Counted from the stretch's first letter, positions 29,091 through 39,964 are shown. The stretch is 62,649 nucleotides of DNA from Desulfobacterales bacterium (GCA_046483495.1 JAWODC010000048.1:1-62649); one strand, 5' to 3'. Program-made: numbers and translations. The notes: generated by a model not told the origin, from the sequence alone.

Positions 29091-29888
29091 ATGGAACCGT
29101 ATGATCAACAGAGAAGTGAAGCCTACATCAATGAATGGCCCCGGTATTCACCGCAGGATATGAGGAGGCGGGAAGCGACTATTCTGGCGGCTAAATTGGC
29201 TTTGAACGCCGCCATGACCGCCCCCGTTGCCGGCGGCGTTGCTCAGATCGACGCCCAATTGGTGTATGGGCAGGAGGAGATGGAAAAGGTCGCGTGCAAA
29301 ATGGAAGAACTGGCTTATACGAAAAAGGCCTGGAAAAAGCGGTTCTTGAATGAGGCGGTAATGGTGAGGGAATCGGATGTGATTTTATTCCTTGGAAATT
29401 ACAGGGCCAACGAAACGCCTTTGGATGCCATGTGCGGCCTGTGCGGCGGCTCAGCCGGATGTGCATTCTTCTATGAGAACCGTGAAACGAAACACGGACT
29501 TGTGGATGTAACCGACAGGAGGAGCCAAACGCCCATTAGAGGCCCCTTGTGCTGCGCCAGAGTCAGTGACTTAGGGTACGTCATGGCATCTGCTGTTTGG
29601 ATGGCCCAAACACTGCTTGTGGATGCCAGACCGTTCTTTAGTGTCGGTTTGGCGGGCCGGGCCCTCGGCTACTGCCGAAATTCCGCCATTGTCGTTGGAA
29701 TTCCGATGGCAAGCACATCGAAAAATCCATACCAGGATATTTCCATCGATTATCACCTCGTCAATATGGACAAAGTCATCGACAATACGCGCAAAAATTT
29801 CGTGGTGATTCGTCAGACCGGATCCGGCATTAATTTCGATTACCGGACGCAAACCCCAAAGTCCGGCAAGGAGAAAAAAGATGGCTAG
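29091..29888 (+). CDS. DUF2148-like ferredoxin-domain protein (paralog 1)
   Basis: AAMTAPVAGG, CGLCGG..GC, GPLC...DLG. Confidence 0.7.
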   Translation: MEPYDQQRSEAYINEWPRYSPQDMRRREATILAAKLALNAAMTAPVAGGVAQIDAQLVYGQEEMEKVACKMEELAYTKKAWKKRFLNEAVMVRESDVILFLGNYRANETPLDAMCGLCGGSAGCAFFYENRETKHGLVDVTDRRSQTPIRGPLCCARVSDLGYVMASAVWMAQTLLVDARPFFSVGLAGRALGYCRNSAIVVGIPMASTSKNPYQDISIDYHLVNMDKVIDNTRKNFVVIRQTGSGINFDYRTQTPKSGKEKKDG

Positions 29889-30741
29889 AATAGACGGGAA
29901 AGACGCAGCACGGGATGCGGTGCTCGAAATCGTCAAATTAGCGGCTGCCGCCGCTTACCGGGCTCCTATGCTGACTGGCAGACTGGACCTGAAAACCGAA
30001 ATCATCACCGGTGAAGATCAGGACCCGATCATTGAATATTTCGAGGAAATAAAAAGCATTTCACCCGTTATGTACTTTGATTACGAGACCCTCAAACAGT
30101 TCAGGGATAAAGGACTGACCGTTCCCATCCTCCTGCTGGGAGCCGACTTGACGAGATCGGACCTGGCATGGGATTGCGGTGCCTGCGGATTTGCATCGTG
30201 TGCCGAATTCAATGCGTTTGCAAAAAAAGACCAAGGCAAATTAATGTGGGGCGGACCGACCTGCAACTGGAAGCTGATGGATTTTTCGGCAGCCTGCGAT
30301 TTTGCCTGTGCAACCGTGGCCCAGCACCGCCTCGACTGCCGGCCGATGGGAACCGTGGGCGCCGCTGCCGCCGGTGTCGGCTTCCTTCCGGATTGCAGTA
30401 TTCATATCGGTATACCCATCGGACCGGCCGGTGACTTTATTTATTTCAGCCGATCCCAAAACGTCGACTCGATTTCCTATGAAGATCAGCTCGAATGTCT
30501 GATCCGGACATCCCCGACAAACTGGCAGGCGTTTCCCGGAAGCACCAAGCCCGCCATTAAAACCCGGCAGGACTGGTACAACGGCATGGAATACGTCCAA
30601 TGGGGTCCGCCCACCCCGGAAGAGCAGAAGTTTGCAGCGGATTGTCTCGCCAAGGTGGCCAAAGTTGCTGAGAAGCATTTTCCCAAAGTTGCGTCCTGGT
30701 ACACCCGTAAGAAAGACCCGGATACTCCGACGGAGGAATAG
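29881..30741 (+). CDS. DUF2148-like ferredoxin-domain protein (paralog 2)
   Basis: AAYRAP, DCGACGFASCAEF, GPTCNWKLMDF, DCRPMGTVG. Confidence 0.72.
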   Translation: MARIDGKDAARDAVLEIVKLAAAAAYRAPMLTGRLDLKTEIITGEDQDPIIEYFEEIKSISPVMYFDYETLKQFRDKGLTVPILLLGADLTRSDLAWDCGACGFASCAEFNAFAKKDQGKLMWGGPTCNWKLMDFSAACDFACATVAQHRLDCRPMGTVGAAAAGVGFLPDCSIHIGIPIGPAGDFIYFSRSQNVDSISYEDQLECLIRTSPTNWQAFPGSTKPAIKTRQDWYNGMEYVQWGPPTPEEQKFAADCLAKVAKVAEKHFPKVASWYTRKKDPDTPTEE

Positions 30742-30816
30742 TACCGTGCCTCCGTTAACGCAGGAAAATCATCGCCGACCATGAAGCCTTCCGAACGTGA
30801 CTGAAAGGAGCATGCC

Positions 30817-32079
30817 ATGACGACGTATTTTGACTTAAACCTGGATTTGACAGCGGAAGACAAGGCTATTCGGGACGAGGCCCATAAGTTCGCCCGGGAA
30901 GTCATGCGCCCTATAGGCAGGGAACTCGACAACATGACGGCTGAAGCGGCTGTTTCGGAGGCTTCACCGTTATGGACCTTTTTAAGGCAGGCTTATGAAC
31001 TCGGATACCATAGGGCCGCTTTTCCGGAGGACGTCGGCGGACTGGGGTGCACACCGATACAAAGCCACCTTTTTTTAGAGGAGCTTTTCTGGGGAAATGC
31101 CGGATTGGCGGCTTGTATTCTGCTTGCTGCATGGCCGTACATCAAAATCCTGGAAACCGGAAATCGGGAACTTATTGAAGAATTCGTCGTCCCGTTTGCC
31201 CGGTGCACTGACGGCAGCATCACCGGCTGCTGGGCGATAACGGAACCGGCGCATGGGGCCGATACGATGGCCGTTGGAGAGGATTTTTTTTCAGACCCTG
31301 ACATACAGGGGCAGCTTCAGGCCCGTCCGGATGGGGATGAGTATATTTTGAACGGGCAAAAATCGGCCTGGGTCTCATGCGCCCCCATTGCATCCCATGG
31401 AATGGTCAATGTATATCTGAATCCATCCAGGGGCATGGCCGGGGGCGGTGTCTGTATGCTTCCATTTCATCTGCCGGGTGTGAAGAAAGGCCCGGCTCTT
31501 GAGAAAATCGGGTTGCGGGATCTTCCCCAGGGGGAACTGTTTTTCGACGACGTCCGGATTCCGAAGCGATGGATGTTTCACACCGAAGAGACGTATGCCG
31601 ATTCCGTGAAAGGAAACCTGGGATTCGGCAATACCGGCATGAGCGTCGTTGGTGTCGGCATCGCCAGAGCTGCATTCGAAGAGGCGTTTGCTTATGCAAA
31701 AGAGCGAATCCAGGGTGGAAAACCGCTGATCGACCAGTATGCCATGAAAATCAGGCTCCACCGCATGTTTGCCAGGGTCGAGGCGATCAGGGCCATGAGC
31801 CGTGCCGTGTGGAATCTCAACTTGCGCGTTTTCCCCGTCGTCTATGAATATGCGTATGCCGCCAAGACCTTTTGCACGGAAACGGCCAAAGAAGTCATCG
31901 AGGAAGCCGCCCAGATATTCGGAGCCAACGGGCTGACCAAAGAATACTACATTGAAAAGCTGTTGAGAGACTCCCATGGGCTGACGATTGCCGACGGTGA
32001 AAATACCGCCTTGAACAGGCTCGGCGGACATCTGTTAAAGGAAACATTTCCGAGGAGGAGTGTAAACCGCCTGTTTTGA
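30817..32079 (+). CDS. Acyl-CoA dehydrogenase family protein
   Basis: WAITEPAHGAD, LNGQKSAWVS, FFDDVRIP, YAKERIQGGK, QIFGANG..EY.IEKLLRD. Confidence 0.93.
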   Translation: MTTYFDLNLDLTAEDKAIRDEAHKFAREVMRPIGRELDNMTAEAAVSEASPLWTFLRQAYELGYHRAAFPEDVGGLGCTPIQSHLFLEELFWGNAGLAACILLAAWPYIKILETGNRELIEEFVVPFARCTDGSITGCWAITEPAHGADTMAVGEDFFSDPDIQGQLQARPDGDEYILNGQKSAWVSCAPIASHGMVNVYLNPSRGMAGGGVCMLPFHLPGVKKGPALEKIGLRDLPQGELFFDDVRIPKRWMFHTEETYADSVKGNLGFGNTGMSVVGVGIARAAFEEAFAYAKERIQGGKPLIDQYAMKIRLHRMFARVEAIRAMSRAVWNLNLRVFPVVYEYAYAAKTFCTETAKEVIEEAAQIFGANGLTKEYYIEKLLRDSHGLTIADGENTALNRLGGHLLKETFPRRSVNRLF

Positions 32080-32145
32080 CTGCTCCTTCAAGCGGTTTAT
32101 CCCCCCAAAAACGTCCCGGCGGGCGCTGCGGACCCGGTCGGGGCC

Positions 32146-34476
32146 TCAATGCCGGCGTGCCAGCAGGATGGTTATCTTCTCCGGGTTGCCGCTTGCGGGT
32201 GCCGGGAATGCCAGATTTTTGAGCGCGTTTTGCAGGCAATTCATCAGTGAGGGGTATTGGGCGGTTTTCCTGTCAATGTCGATGCCTGTAACCCGGCCTT
32301 CTGAATTCAACTCCAATTCGATCGTTATTCTTGAAAGCGTAACCGGCCATGCATCGTGACATGTTTCGAATTCGCGCATTCGGTTTTGCAGTACCTTTCG
32401 AATGCCGTCCTCCGGCACACCACCGGTGGCGGTGATTCGTACGATGTGAATCCGTTTGGTTGTTTCGGATTCGACGGCTTTATCGTAGGCCATGCATCCC
32501 GCTTCTTCCCGATGCAGCCTCCGGCTTGATTTTCCCCGTGCCTCAGGGGCCGTTTGAAGCCGGGCAAACCCGTTTCCCCCGACGGCATAATCCGAAACCC
32601 CTTGTGGAAGGGGCAGGGGCTGTGCAATGGTGACGGGGCTGCCGTTTTGCCGTCGCACTTCGGTATCGACGGCTACAAAAGATGTGTATGCCGTAAGCAA
32701 GCCGTACGTTAACCCCATCTCGGTTATGGCGTGCACGCGTGTTTCATCGGGCGTTAACCGGTTGTAGTCCGAGAGAACGGCAGCGCGGTGACGGGCCCAT
32801 AAATGCCGCAGGGCGGTATGTGGCCCGGCGGTTTGGTAATGTTTTACATTCACATTATGTGAAAAGACGCCCTTACCTGTCTTTCCGGTGATTCGAATGG
32901 TTCCCGCGGGGTTGCCCCGCCATTTTCCGAAAATGATTACCGGGCGCCGGGCCATGACATCGGGAACAGACGGGGGCTCTATGTCGTACACATCGAAATC
33001 GCCCCAATCCACACGAATGTCCGTCAGAACCGGTGTTTCGATCATTTTTCGAAATGCTTCGGCTTTTTTATGGGCCGTTTCCGGTGCCGTGACGACAAAC
33101 GGTTCCCCCATTCCCGCCCGTGCCATCCCCTCGATGAGATGCCGGTTTACGGATGCACCGATCCCGAAGGCAAACAGATTGGCATCTCCCAACCGGCGGC
33201 GAATCAGATCGAAGGTTTCTGCTTCCACCGTGACGTAGCCGTCTGTGGCGATAACGACGGTCCGGGAGAAGCCTTCGGTCCGCTTGATATCAAGGGCTTT
33301 TTTCAAGGCCGGAAGCAGTTCTGTGCTTCCCCCGCCGCGCTGGTTTTCGATGAGGTCAACGGCTCTTTCGATATTCTCAGGCGCAGCGGGCAGGGATGTG
33401 TCGGACAACATGCGTGAGCTTCCGGCAAACAGGAGCACATTGAACCGGTCGATGGGCCGCAGATGTTCGATGACATCTTTCAGCAGATTTTTGGAAATCT
33501 CGAGTGGAAAACCATGCATGGAACCGGAAATATCCATGATGAAAAGATACTCTCGGGGTGGAATCCGATCCGTTTTCACTCGCTTGGGGGGCTGAAGCAT
33601 CAATAGAAAGAAATTCTCGTTATCCGATTCGGCCACTAACAGACCCGTTTGGATTCGTTTGCCGGCAAGACGATACTTCAGGATGAAATCCCGATTTCCG
33701 CCATATCGATCCGAATCCTCGAGGTCGATATTTGCCGTGTCTGGACCACTGAATCCGATAGTTACCGCATGGGTATTGCAAAAAACGTCGCCGATTGGAA
33801 GTCCGGCATGAAGATTAACCGAGATGTCGAGCGTAGTTTTTGCCGAATCCCCCTGGTGAAGGTACGGGTTGGCGGCCCATGTTCCGGCACCACCGGCGGC
33901 TTCGCCTCCACTCCCCGTATACCTGGGTCCCACAACGGTCGGGAAAACGAATTCATAAACCGCATTCGTGGGAATCAGCAGCTCGGTAAATCTCAATTCG
34001 ACCGTAACGACGTCACCGGGGAGGATGTTGGCGACATTCATCTGGAAGACATTCGGCCGATGCTGCTCGAGCAAAGAGGCACTGCGTCCTGTCTGTTTGG
34101 CCGCATCATAGGCCTTGCGGGCCTCGTTTCTTTTTGCAATTTTTGCGTGCACCGTTCGTTCCCCAATCCTCATCTTCATACCGTACACCGCCGCCTTCGT
34201 AGAGGCCGGGAACACGTAAACGGCCTCCAAGGGCACTTGGCCGGTGTTTTCGTAAACCTGGGTTATTGCCACATCCGCGATGACCCCGGATATATCCGCC
34301 TGAACCTTCGTGGATTTCAAGGGCAGGGTCTCCAATTCCGAATGATCGCTTTTCACCCAAAAATAAGGCGACAATGTTTTATCGCCGAATTCGGCAGGTC
34401 CGGCAAAACACAAAAGTGCCGCCAACAGGTTCAACACCATCACCACAGCCAAAGCCGATCCGCTTCGAATTGCCAT
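32146..34476 (-). CDS. Secreted VIT + vWA domain protein with a C-terminal TonB/AgmX-like domain
   Basis: Signal peptide; VIT (LPLKST...EAVYVFP); MIDAS DISGSM...GGSTE...TDG; LLTAYTSFVAVD. Confidence 0.9.
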   Translation of the reverse strand: MAIRSGSALAVVMVLNLLAALLCFAGPAEFGDKTLSPYFWVKSDHSELETLPLKSTKVQADISGVIADVAITQVYENTGQVPLEAVYVFPASTKAAVYGMKMRIGERTVHAKIAKRNEARKAYDAAKQTGRSASLLEQHRPNVFQMNVANILPGDVVTVELRFTELLIPTNAVYEFVFPTVVGPRYTGSGGEAAGGAGTWAANPYLHQGDSAKTTLDISVNLHAGLPIGDVFCNTHAVTIGFSGPDTANIDLEDSDRYGGNRDFILKYRLAGKRIQTGLLVAESDNENFFLLMLQPPKRVKTDRIPPREYLFIMDISGSMHGFPLEISKNLLKDVIEHLRPIDRFNVLLFAGSSRMLSDTSLPAAPENIERAVDLIENQRGGGSTELLPALKKALDIKRTEGFSRTVVIATDGYVTVEAETFDLIRRRLGDANLFAFGIGASVNRHLIEGMARAGMGEPFVVTAPETAHKKAEAFRKMIETPVLTDIRVDWGDFDVYDIEPPSVPDVMARRPVIIFGKWRGNPAGTIRITGKTGKGVFSHNVNVKHYQTAGPHTALRHLWARHRAAVLSDYNRLTPDETRVHAITEMGLTYGLLTAYTSFVAVDTEVRRQNGSPVTIAQPLPLPQGVSDYAVGGNGFARLQTAPEARGKSSRRLHREEAGCMAYDKAVESETTKRIHIVRITATGGVPEDGIRKVLQNRMREFETCHDAWPVTLSRITIELELNSEGRVTGIDIDRKTAQYPSLMNCLQNALKNLAFPAPASGNPEKITILLARRH

Positions 34477-34609
34477 GTTAAGCCTCCTTTTATATCCGAT
34501 TGACGGTTTGAGAAAGTCCCCTTGCTTTCCCCCTCAGTCATGCCGTTTTCATGCACCCTGCATGTACTGAAGACCTCCAAACTTCGATATGCAACCTGAT
34601 GCTGTTTCC

Positions 34610-34637
34610 TTAGACAGGCCGCAAGAAGAGAAGTTCC
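34610..34637 (-). promoter_or_regulatory. ECF (sigmaE-type) promoter for the VIT-vWA gene
   Basis: Minus strand GGAACTT-N16-TCTAA; the same motif is upstream of the ECF sigma gene. Confidence 0.7.
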
Positions 34638-34717
34638 ATTTATTTCTTGATATCCGGAATTTTCTTTTGTTATGAACGGGATGGCCGCCTTTTTCCTAGC
34701 CTTCCATAAAGGGGGAA

Positions 34718-36493
34718 ATGATGAATTCTCTTTTGCTCGCTGTTTTAGTGATTGGCGGATATTTTATCGCCTATTTCACCTACGGCCGATTTCTCGCCAG
34801 GAAGATATTCAACATCAGCGCCGAAGCCGTCTGCCCCAGCCAAGCGCTGCGGGATGATCATGATTTTATCCCCACCCGAAAAGAGGTGCTTTTTGGGCAT
34901 CATTTTACGTCCATCGCCGGATTGGGGCCGATTGTGGGGCCGGCAATCGCCGTCATATGGGGATGGGTTCCGGCTATTTTGTGGATATTTTTCGGGTCTA
35001 TTTTTGTCGGTGCGGTGCATGATTTCGGCAGTATGGTCGTTTCCTTGAGGGCTCAGGGCCGTTCCATCGGCGACATTGCCGCCGACCTTGTGAACAAGCG
35101 GGTGCGCACCTTATTTTTAGTGATCATCTTTTTTGAATTGTGGATCGTCATCGCCGTCTTCTCTTTGATCATCGCTATTCTCTTCACCATGTTCCCCATT
35201 GCCGTATTTCCTGTCTGGTTCGAGCTGGTTATCGCTGCAACCATCGGGTATTTGATCTACAGCAGGGGCAAAGGCATTTGGGTGACCAGTGTGACGGCGG
35301 TGATCGTCATGTATATCACCGTGGTCATCGGCGCATACTTTCCTATCGATTTCGGCACCTTATTCGGAATGACCGATAAGTGGGTGCTGATCACCTGGAT
35401 CATTATCGTTCTGTGTCTGAATGCGTGGCTGGCATCCAGCCTGCCCATTCAAACGCTGCTCCAGCCCCGGGATTTCATCAACTCGCATCAACTGTTGATT
35501 GCCATGGCGCTTTTGCTTCTGGGCGTGATCGTTGCACACCCGGTCATGGTAGGCCCGGCTTTCAATTTTTCCGCGTCGGGTGCGCCGCCCATGTGGCCGT
35601 TTATATTTGTCGTATTGGCCTGCGGCGCGGTCTCGGGATTTCATAGCCTTGTGGGATCGGGAACCTCTTCAAAGCAGTGTGATTCGGAAACCAGTTCGCT
35701 TTACGTGGGTTTCGGCAGTATGCTTTGGGAAGGAACGCTGGCCATGCTGGTGGTGGTTGCCGTTGCTGCCGGAATCGGATTGGGGCTCAAGGGAGAAGGC
35801 GGGGAGATATTTACGGGAAGCGCTGCTTTTCAGCATCATTACGCCAGCTGGGGGGCTGCGGAAGGATTGGCTTCGAAGCTCGGCGCGTTCGTACAGGGGG
35901 CGGCAAACATGATCGGCGCCTGCGGTATTCCCGAAAAAATCGCCATGGCCGTGATGGCGGTATTTATCGTGTCTTTTGCCGCCACTACCGTGGACACGGC
36001 CACTCGAATCCAGCGGTATGTCGTGGTGGAGCTTGCTTCGGCATATCGGTTCAAGCCTCTGATGCACCGACAGGCCGGAACCGCATTCGCGGTGTTGACC
36101 GCCGCCGTTCTGGCATTCTATGACGGCAGCGGCAAGGGGGCCTTGAAGCTCTGGCCGCTGTTCGGTTCGGTTAACCAGCTTTTAGCCGGACTGGCCCTGC
36201 TGATCATCACCATTTACCTGGCCCGCAGGAAAACCAATATCGTCTATTCCGCAGCACCCATGCTGTTCATGGTGATCATGACCGGGTGGGCCATGATAAT
36301 CAATATTCAGAAGTATTTTGCCGCTGCAAACTGGCTGCTGCTGTGCATCGGGGTCATGGTATTTGCGTTGGAAATATGGATGATCATCGAGAGTGTGATG
36401 GTGCTCAAATCCGTCTACATCCCCACCCATGCCGGAGATGTGAGCGCAACCCGCAATGCCTCTGATTATAGGAGCCGGGCCTCGGGTGAATAA
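34718..36493 (+). CDS. cstA: Carbon starvation protein A family transporter
   Basis: LFGHHFTSIAGLGPIVGP, GAVHDF, LLQPRDFIN, ACGAVSGFHSL, LWPLFGSVNQLLA. Confidence 0.93.
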   Translation: MMNSLLLAVLVIGGYFIAYFTYGRFLARKIFNISAEAVCPSQALRDDHDFIPTRKEVLFGHHFTSIAGLGPIVGPAIAVIWGWVPAILWIFFGSIFVGAVHDFGSMVVSLRAQGRSIGDIAADLVNKRVRTLFLVIIFFELWIVIAVFSLIIAILFTMFPIAVFPVWFELVIAATIGYLIYSRGKGIWVTSVTAVIVMYITVVIGAYFPIDFGTLFGMTDKWVLITWIIIVLCLNAWLASSLPIQTLLQPRDFINSHQLLIAMALLLLGVIVAHPVMVGPAFNFSASGAPPMWPFIFVVLACGAVSGFHSLVGSGTSSKQCDSETSSLYVGFGSMLWEGTLAMLVVVAVAAGIGLGLKGEGGEIFTGSAAFQHHYASWGAAEGLASKLGAFVQGAANMIGACGIPEKIAMAVMAVFIVSFAATTVDTATRIQRYVVVELASAYRFKPLMHRQAGTAFAVLTAAVLAFYDGSGKGALKLWPLFGSVNQLLAGLALLIITIYLARRKTNIVYSAAPMLFMVIMTGWAMIINIQKYFAAANWLLLCIGVMVFALEIWMIIESVMVLKSVYIPTHAGDVSATRNASDYRSRASGE

Positions 36494-36567
36494 GGTCGAA
36501 CGCCTCTACAGGCAATTTTCAGAACAGCGGCTCGGATTGTTTTGGAACGCTTTCCGGATTTGTCGCT

Positions 36568-37335
36568 TTACCATTGTTTGGCCGCATTCAGCGTTCCCAT
36601 GAGCAGGGCCTGATTGCGGTTTTCCATTTTAATGGCGTCCTCCAGGCTGATGCCGTTAAGAGCCGAATCAAAGGCTTCCTTGGTGAGGTAAAGCGCCGAC
36701 CGGCTTTTGGCGGCCATCACGCCGGCCATTTCCATAGCTTTATCCATGAGCTCGCCTTGGGGATACACATGATTGACCAGCCCGATGCGGTGGGCTTCAT
36801 CGCAATTTACCCTTCGGCCCGTCAGACACATCTCGATGGCGTTGCCCCAGCCGACCAGGCGCCACAGGAAATAGCTCGATCCCATGTCTGCACCGCCTAA
36901 GCCGATATTGATGTACTGGGCGCAGAACCATGCGTTTTCACCGGCCAACCGGATATCCGACGCCAGAGCCAGAGAAAGGCCGCCGCCCAGCGCGGGACCG
37001 TTTACGGCGGCGATGATCGGTTGAGGACAGGACCTCATCAGACGGTAGAGAAAGGAAAAGCGGGACTGGCCGAAAAAGAAATTGTCGATGGTCATTCGAT
37101 CCTTGTCTTTCTGAATGTCTCCGGTTTCTTTCAAGTCCGCTCCCGATGAAAATGCCTTTTCCCCCGCCCCCGTGGTGATGATGACACGCGTTTTTTGATC
37201 CGCCATTCGTTCCTGCCAAAAATGTATGAGATCTTCCACCATTTGCGAGTTCATGGCATTGGCCATATCCGGACGGTTGTAAGTTAGAATGCCGATGTCG
37301 CCTTGCGTTTCATACAGTAATGTCCGATATTCCAC
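36568..37335 (-). CDS. Enoyl-CoA hydratase/isomerase family protein
   Basis: NRPDMANAM, FSSGADL, AAVNGPALGGG; lacks both canonical Glu residues. Confidence 0.9.
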   Translation of the reverse strand: MEYRTLLYETQGDIGILTYNRPDMANAMNSQMVEDLIHFWQERMADQKTRVIITTGAGEKAFSSGADLKETGDIQKDKDRMTIDNFFFGQSRFSFLYRLMRSCPQPIIAAVNGPALGGGLSLALASDIRLAGENAWFCAQYINIGLGGADMGSSYFLWRLVGWGNAIEMCLTGRRVNCDEAHRIGLVNHVYPQGELMDKAMEMAGVMAAKSRSALYLTKEAFDSALNGISLEDAIKMENRNQALLMGTLNAAKQW

Positions 37336-37495
37336 AGGTCTGATCTCCTCTCTGGTTTATAACGTTTCGACCATGCTACTCCGGAAGGCATTGCCAAAAA
37401 AAGCAAGAACGCCGCTCCGGGCCAAAAGATGGCGTTTCCTGATGAAAATTCTAAACATCCGGAAATAAGATAATTTGCTTCAGTTCAAGGCGGCA

Positions 37496-38548
37496 CTAAC
37501 CCATGCCTCTTTCCATCATAATCTGCTGCAGCGTTTCTGCAAAGGTTTCGTTTATGTCACGCTCGGGTTTGGCAATCAGGGATATGGCTTCCGTCGGGCA
37601 GGTTGGAACACAAACGCCGCACCCGATGCACCGGCTTGTGTCGATTTCGTAGGCATCCCCTTCGATTACCGCACCGATTTGGCAGCGGTCTGCGCATGTC
37701 CCGCAGGCCGTGCAGACCTTTGGATCGATTGCCGCGTAGAAAGAGGATTGAACCTGTTCCCCGGGCTTTCCCCCGAGCTTGAGCATTTTCAGCAGAACAC
37801 AGCAGCAGTTACAGCACATGCAGATAAAATCAACCTGTTTTGCGTTTCCCACATCCAGCACCAACCCTTTTTCTTCTCCTATGTCCAACAGCGCCATCAG
37901 TTCATCCCGGCTGATCTCGCGGGCCAGGTTGAGGGAAATCAAATTTTGGGCGTTCATGCCGAAAGCAATGCACCGCTCCACCGGGTATTCACATTTCCCC
38001 CCTTTTAATTCGGTGTCAATGGCGCAGGTGCACCGGGCAACCGCGATCTTGTCCTTTTCCGCGACAAGCTTGCGGATCTCGTCATACCGTTTGACTGCTG
38101 AGGTGGCGCTGACGGATGAGTGTATCGGCACCACCCGGGTCTGTTGCGTCTTTGTACGCGACCAGACCTTGGCCAGGTAAGGCAGATAGTCATTGACCAG
38201 TTCCGCGAAATCCCGGTCGCCCGACGTCCAGATCTGCCCTTCCCATGCTCCGATAAGAAAATGAACAGCCATGAACAGGGGGTCGCCTTCCACGGGAATA
38301 CGGAAAATGACAGCCCGGTCCGCCAAGGCATTGAGGGTTCCCAAAACCGCTGATGCATCCTTGCCCATTCTTTCGGCGATTGCCGAAGCCGGTTCGGGCC
38401 CGGCGGTCATGTGCAGCACGATTTCAGCCTCCCCGGGCGTAAACATTTTTTTCAGGATCTTGATTTCCACCCCTGTATCCGTTTCAGGAAATCCCCCGGG
38501 AAGCCAATCATAAAACCGCCTCAGTTCTTCATAGACACGATCTGTCAT
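37496..38548 (-). CDS. Cys-rich 4Fe-4S protein (wHTH-like N-terminus, 2x[4Fe-4S] C-terminus)
   Basis: CTC...C..PVERC, ICMCCNCCC, CTACGTCADRC, CIGCGVCVPTCP. Confidence 0.85.
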   Translation of the reverse strand: MTDRVYEELRRFYDWLPGGFPETDTGVEIKILKKMFTPGEAEIVLHMTAGPEPASAIAERMGKDASAVLGTLNALADRAVIFRIPVEGDPLFMAVHFLIGAWEGQIWTSGDRDFAELVNDYLPYLAKVWSRTKTQQTRVVPIHSSVSATSAVKRYDEIRKLVAEKDKIAVARCTCAIDTELKGGKCEYPVERCIAFGMNAQNLISLNLAREISRDELMALLDIGEEKGLVLDVGNAKQVDFICMCCNCCCVLLKMLKLGGKPGEQVQSSFYAAIDPKVCTACGTCADRCQIGAVIEGDAYEIDTSRCIGCGVCVPTCPTEAISLIAKPERDINETFAETLQQIMMERGMG

Positions 38549-38622
38549 GAAAACCTCCTTTCGATACGGTTCTGCAGTACATTGCCGGTGGTCATTGCCT
38601 TTGAGCTCCTCTACCGCCGCAT

Positions 38623-39912
38623 TCAGGGGATTGCCGGCAAGAACGCGTCACCGATATAGTTTTCTTCCTTCAGCTGATCGAATTCTTCCCGGGATATGCC
38701 CAACAGTTCCTGGAATATGTATCGATTGTGTTCGCCCAGGCAGTTGGGCGGCATGCGTACACCGGCCGGTGTTCTGGAGAATTGAAAGCACATTCCGGGA
38801 TATCGATGGGTGCCGGTTTCACGGTGCGTCACCGTTTTGAAAAAATCCCTGGCATTCAGGTGCGGATCGTCGTACAGATCGGCGGCCCTGACTACCGGGC
38901 CTGCCGGAACCCCTGCATTTTGCAGCAGGTGCATGACTTCGTAAGGTGTATGGCCGGCCGTCCAATCGGCCACATGGCGATCCAGATCGGCCCGATGATG
39001 ACATCGTGCCGTTGCCGTTTCAAACATGCTTGCCGATGTCCAGTCCGGATTCCCAAGGACCCGGCAAAACGCCCGCCACTGATCGTCGGAAGCGACGGCG
39101 ATCGTCACCCAACTGTCTTCCCCTTTGCAGAGATAACAGCCATGGGGCGCCATGGATGAATCGCTGTTGCCGATGGGTTCCGGTACCCTGCCGTTCATCG
39201 TGTATTCAAGTATCGATTCACCCATGTGGGGCAGAAACGTTTCTACCTGGGCCAAATCGATAAATTGGCCTTTACCTGTTTTGTTTCGGTAATGCAAAGC
39301 GGTTAGAACGGCAAATACGGCGGTGCCGGCGGCCACATTATCGCTCCATACCGGTGTCGGCGTTCGGATCAGGATGTCGTCATCCGGGTACCCTCTTAGC
39401 GAGGCCAGACCCGCCATCCCGCCGAGGCTCGTTCCCACCGCCGAATAGCTTTTGTAAGGGCCGGTGGCCCCAAAACCCGAAGCGGAAATCATGATGATGT
39501 CCGGTTTGATCTTCTGTATTGCGGCATATCCGATGCCCAGCCGGTCCATTACGCCGGCGGCGAAATTGTCCAGGATGATATCGCTCATTGCTGCGAGCCT
39601 CTTGTAGATCTCGACACCTTTGGGACGCGACAGGTCAAGCGTGATGCCGTATTTGTTCCGCTGAAGTCCGTGAAGCTGAAACCACCGATCCCAGGGCCGG
39701 TCACCGGGATCGAGATCGGGATATCCCAAACCGGTCTGTTCGGTTTTTGGAGGACGGGCCATAAAACCGCGGGTAAACGGCTGGAGAACCTGAATGGATT
39801 CGACGCGAATGACTTCGGCGCCCATATCGGCCAACATGGTCGTAGCGGCGGTTCCCGTATAGACAATGCCATGATCGATCACACGAATTCCTTTTAACGG
39901 CAACTGGTGCAT
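38623..39912 (-). CDS. Family III CoA-transferase (CaiB/BaiF), catalytic-Asp subunit
   Basis: LADMGAEVIRVES, RNKYGITLDL, GFGATGPY, WSDNVAA; alternative start at 39951. Confidence 0.9.
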   Translation of the reverse strand: MHQLPLKGIRVIDHGIVYTGTAATTMLADMGAEVIRVESIQVLQPFTRGFMARPPKTEQTGLGYPDLDPGDRPWDRWFQLHGLQRNKYGITLDLSRPKGVEIYKRLAAMSDIILDNFAAGVMDRLGIGYAAIQKIKPDIIMISASGFGATGPYKSYSAVGTSLGGMAGLASLRGYPDDDILIRTPTPVWSDNVAAGTAVFAVLTALHYRNKTGKGQFIDLAQVETFLPHMGESILEYTMNGRVPEPIGNSDSSMAPHGCYLCKGEDSWVTIAVASDDQWRAFCRVLGNPDWTSASMFETATARCHHRADLDRHVADWTAGHTPYEVMHLLQNAGVPAGPVVRAADLYDDPHLNARDFFKTVTHRETGTHRYPGMCFQFSRTPAGVRMPPNCLGEHNRYIFQELLGISREEFDQLKEENYIGDAFLPAIP

Positions 39913-39964
39913 AGCTTTTCCTTTATCGTCGTCTGAAGGTGAATCAGCCATTTCCGGATTCGGA

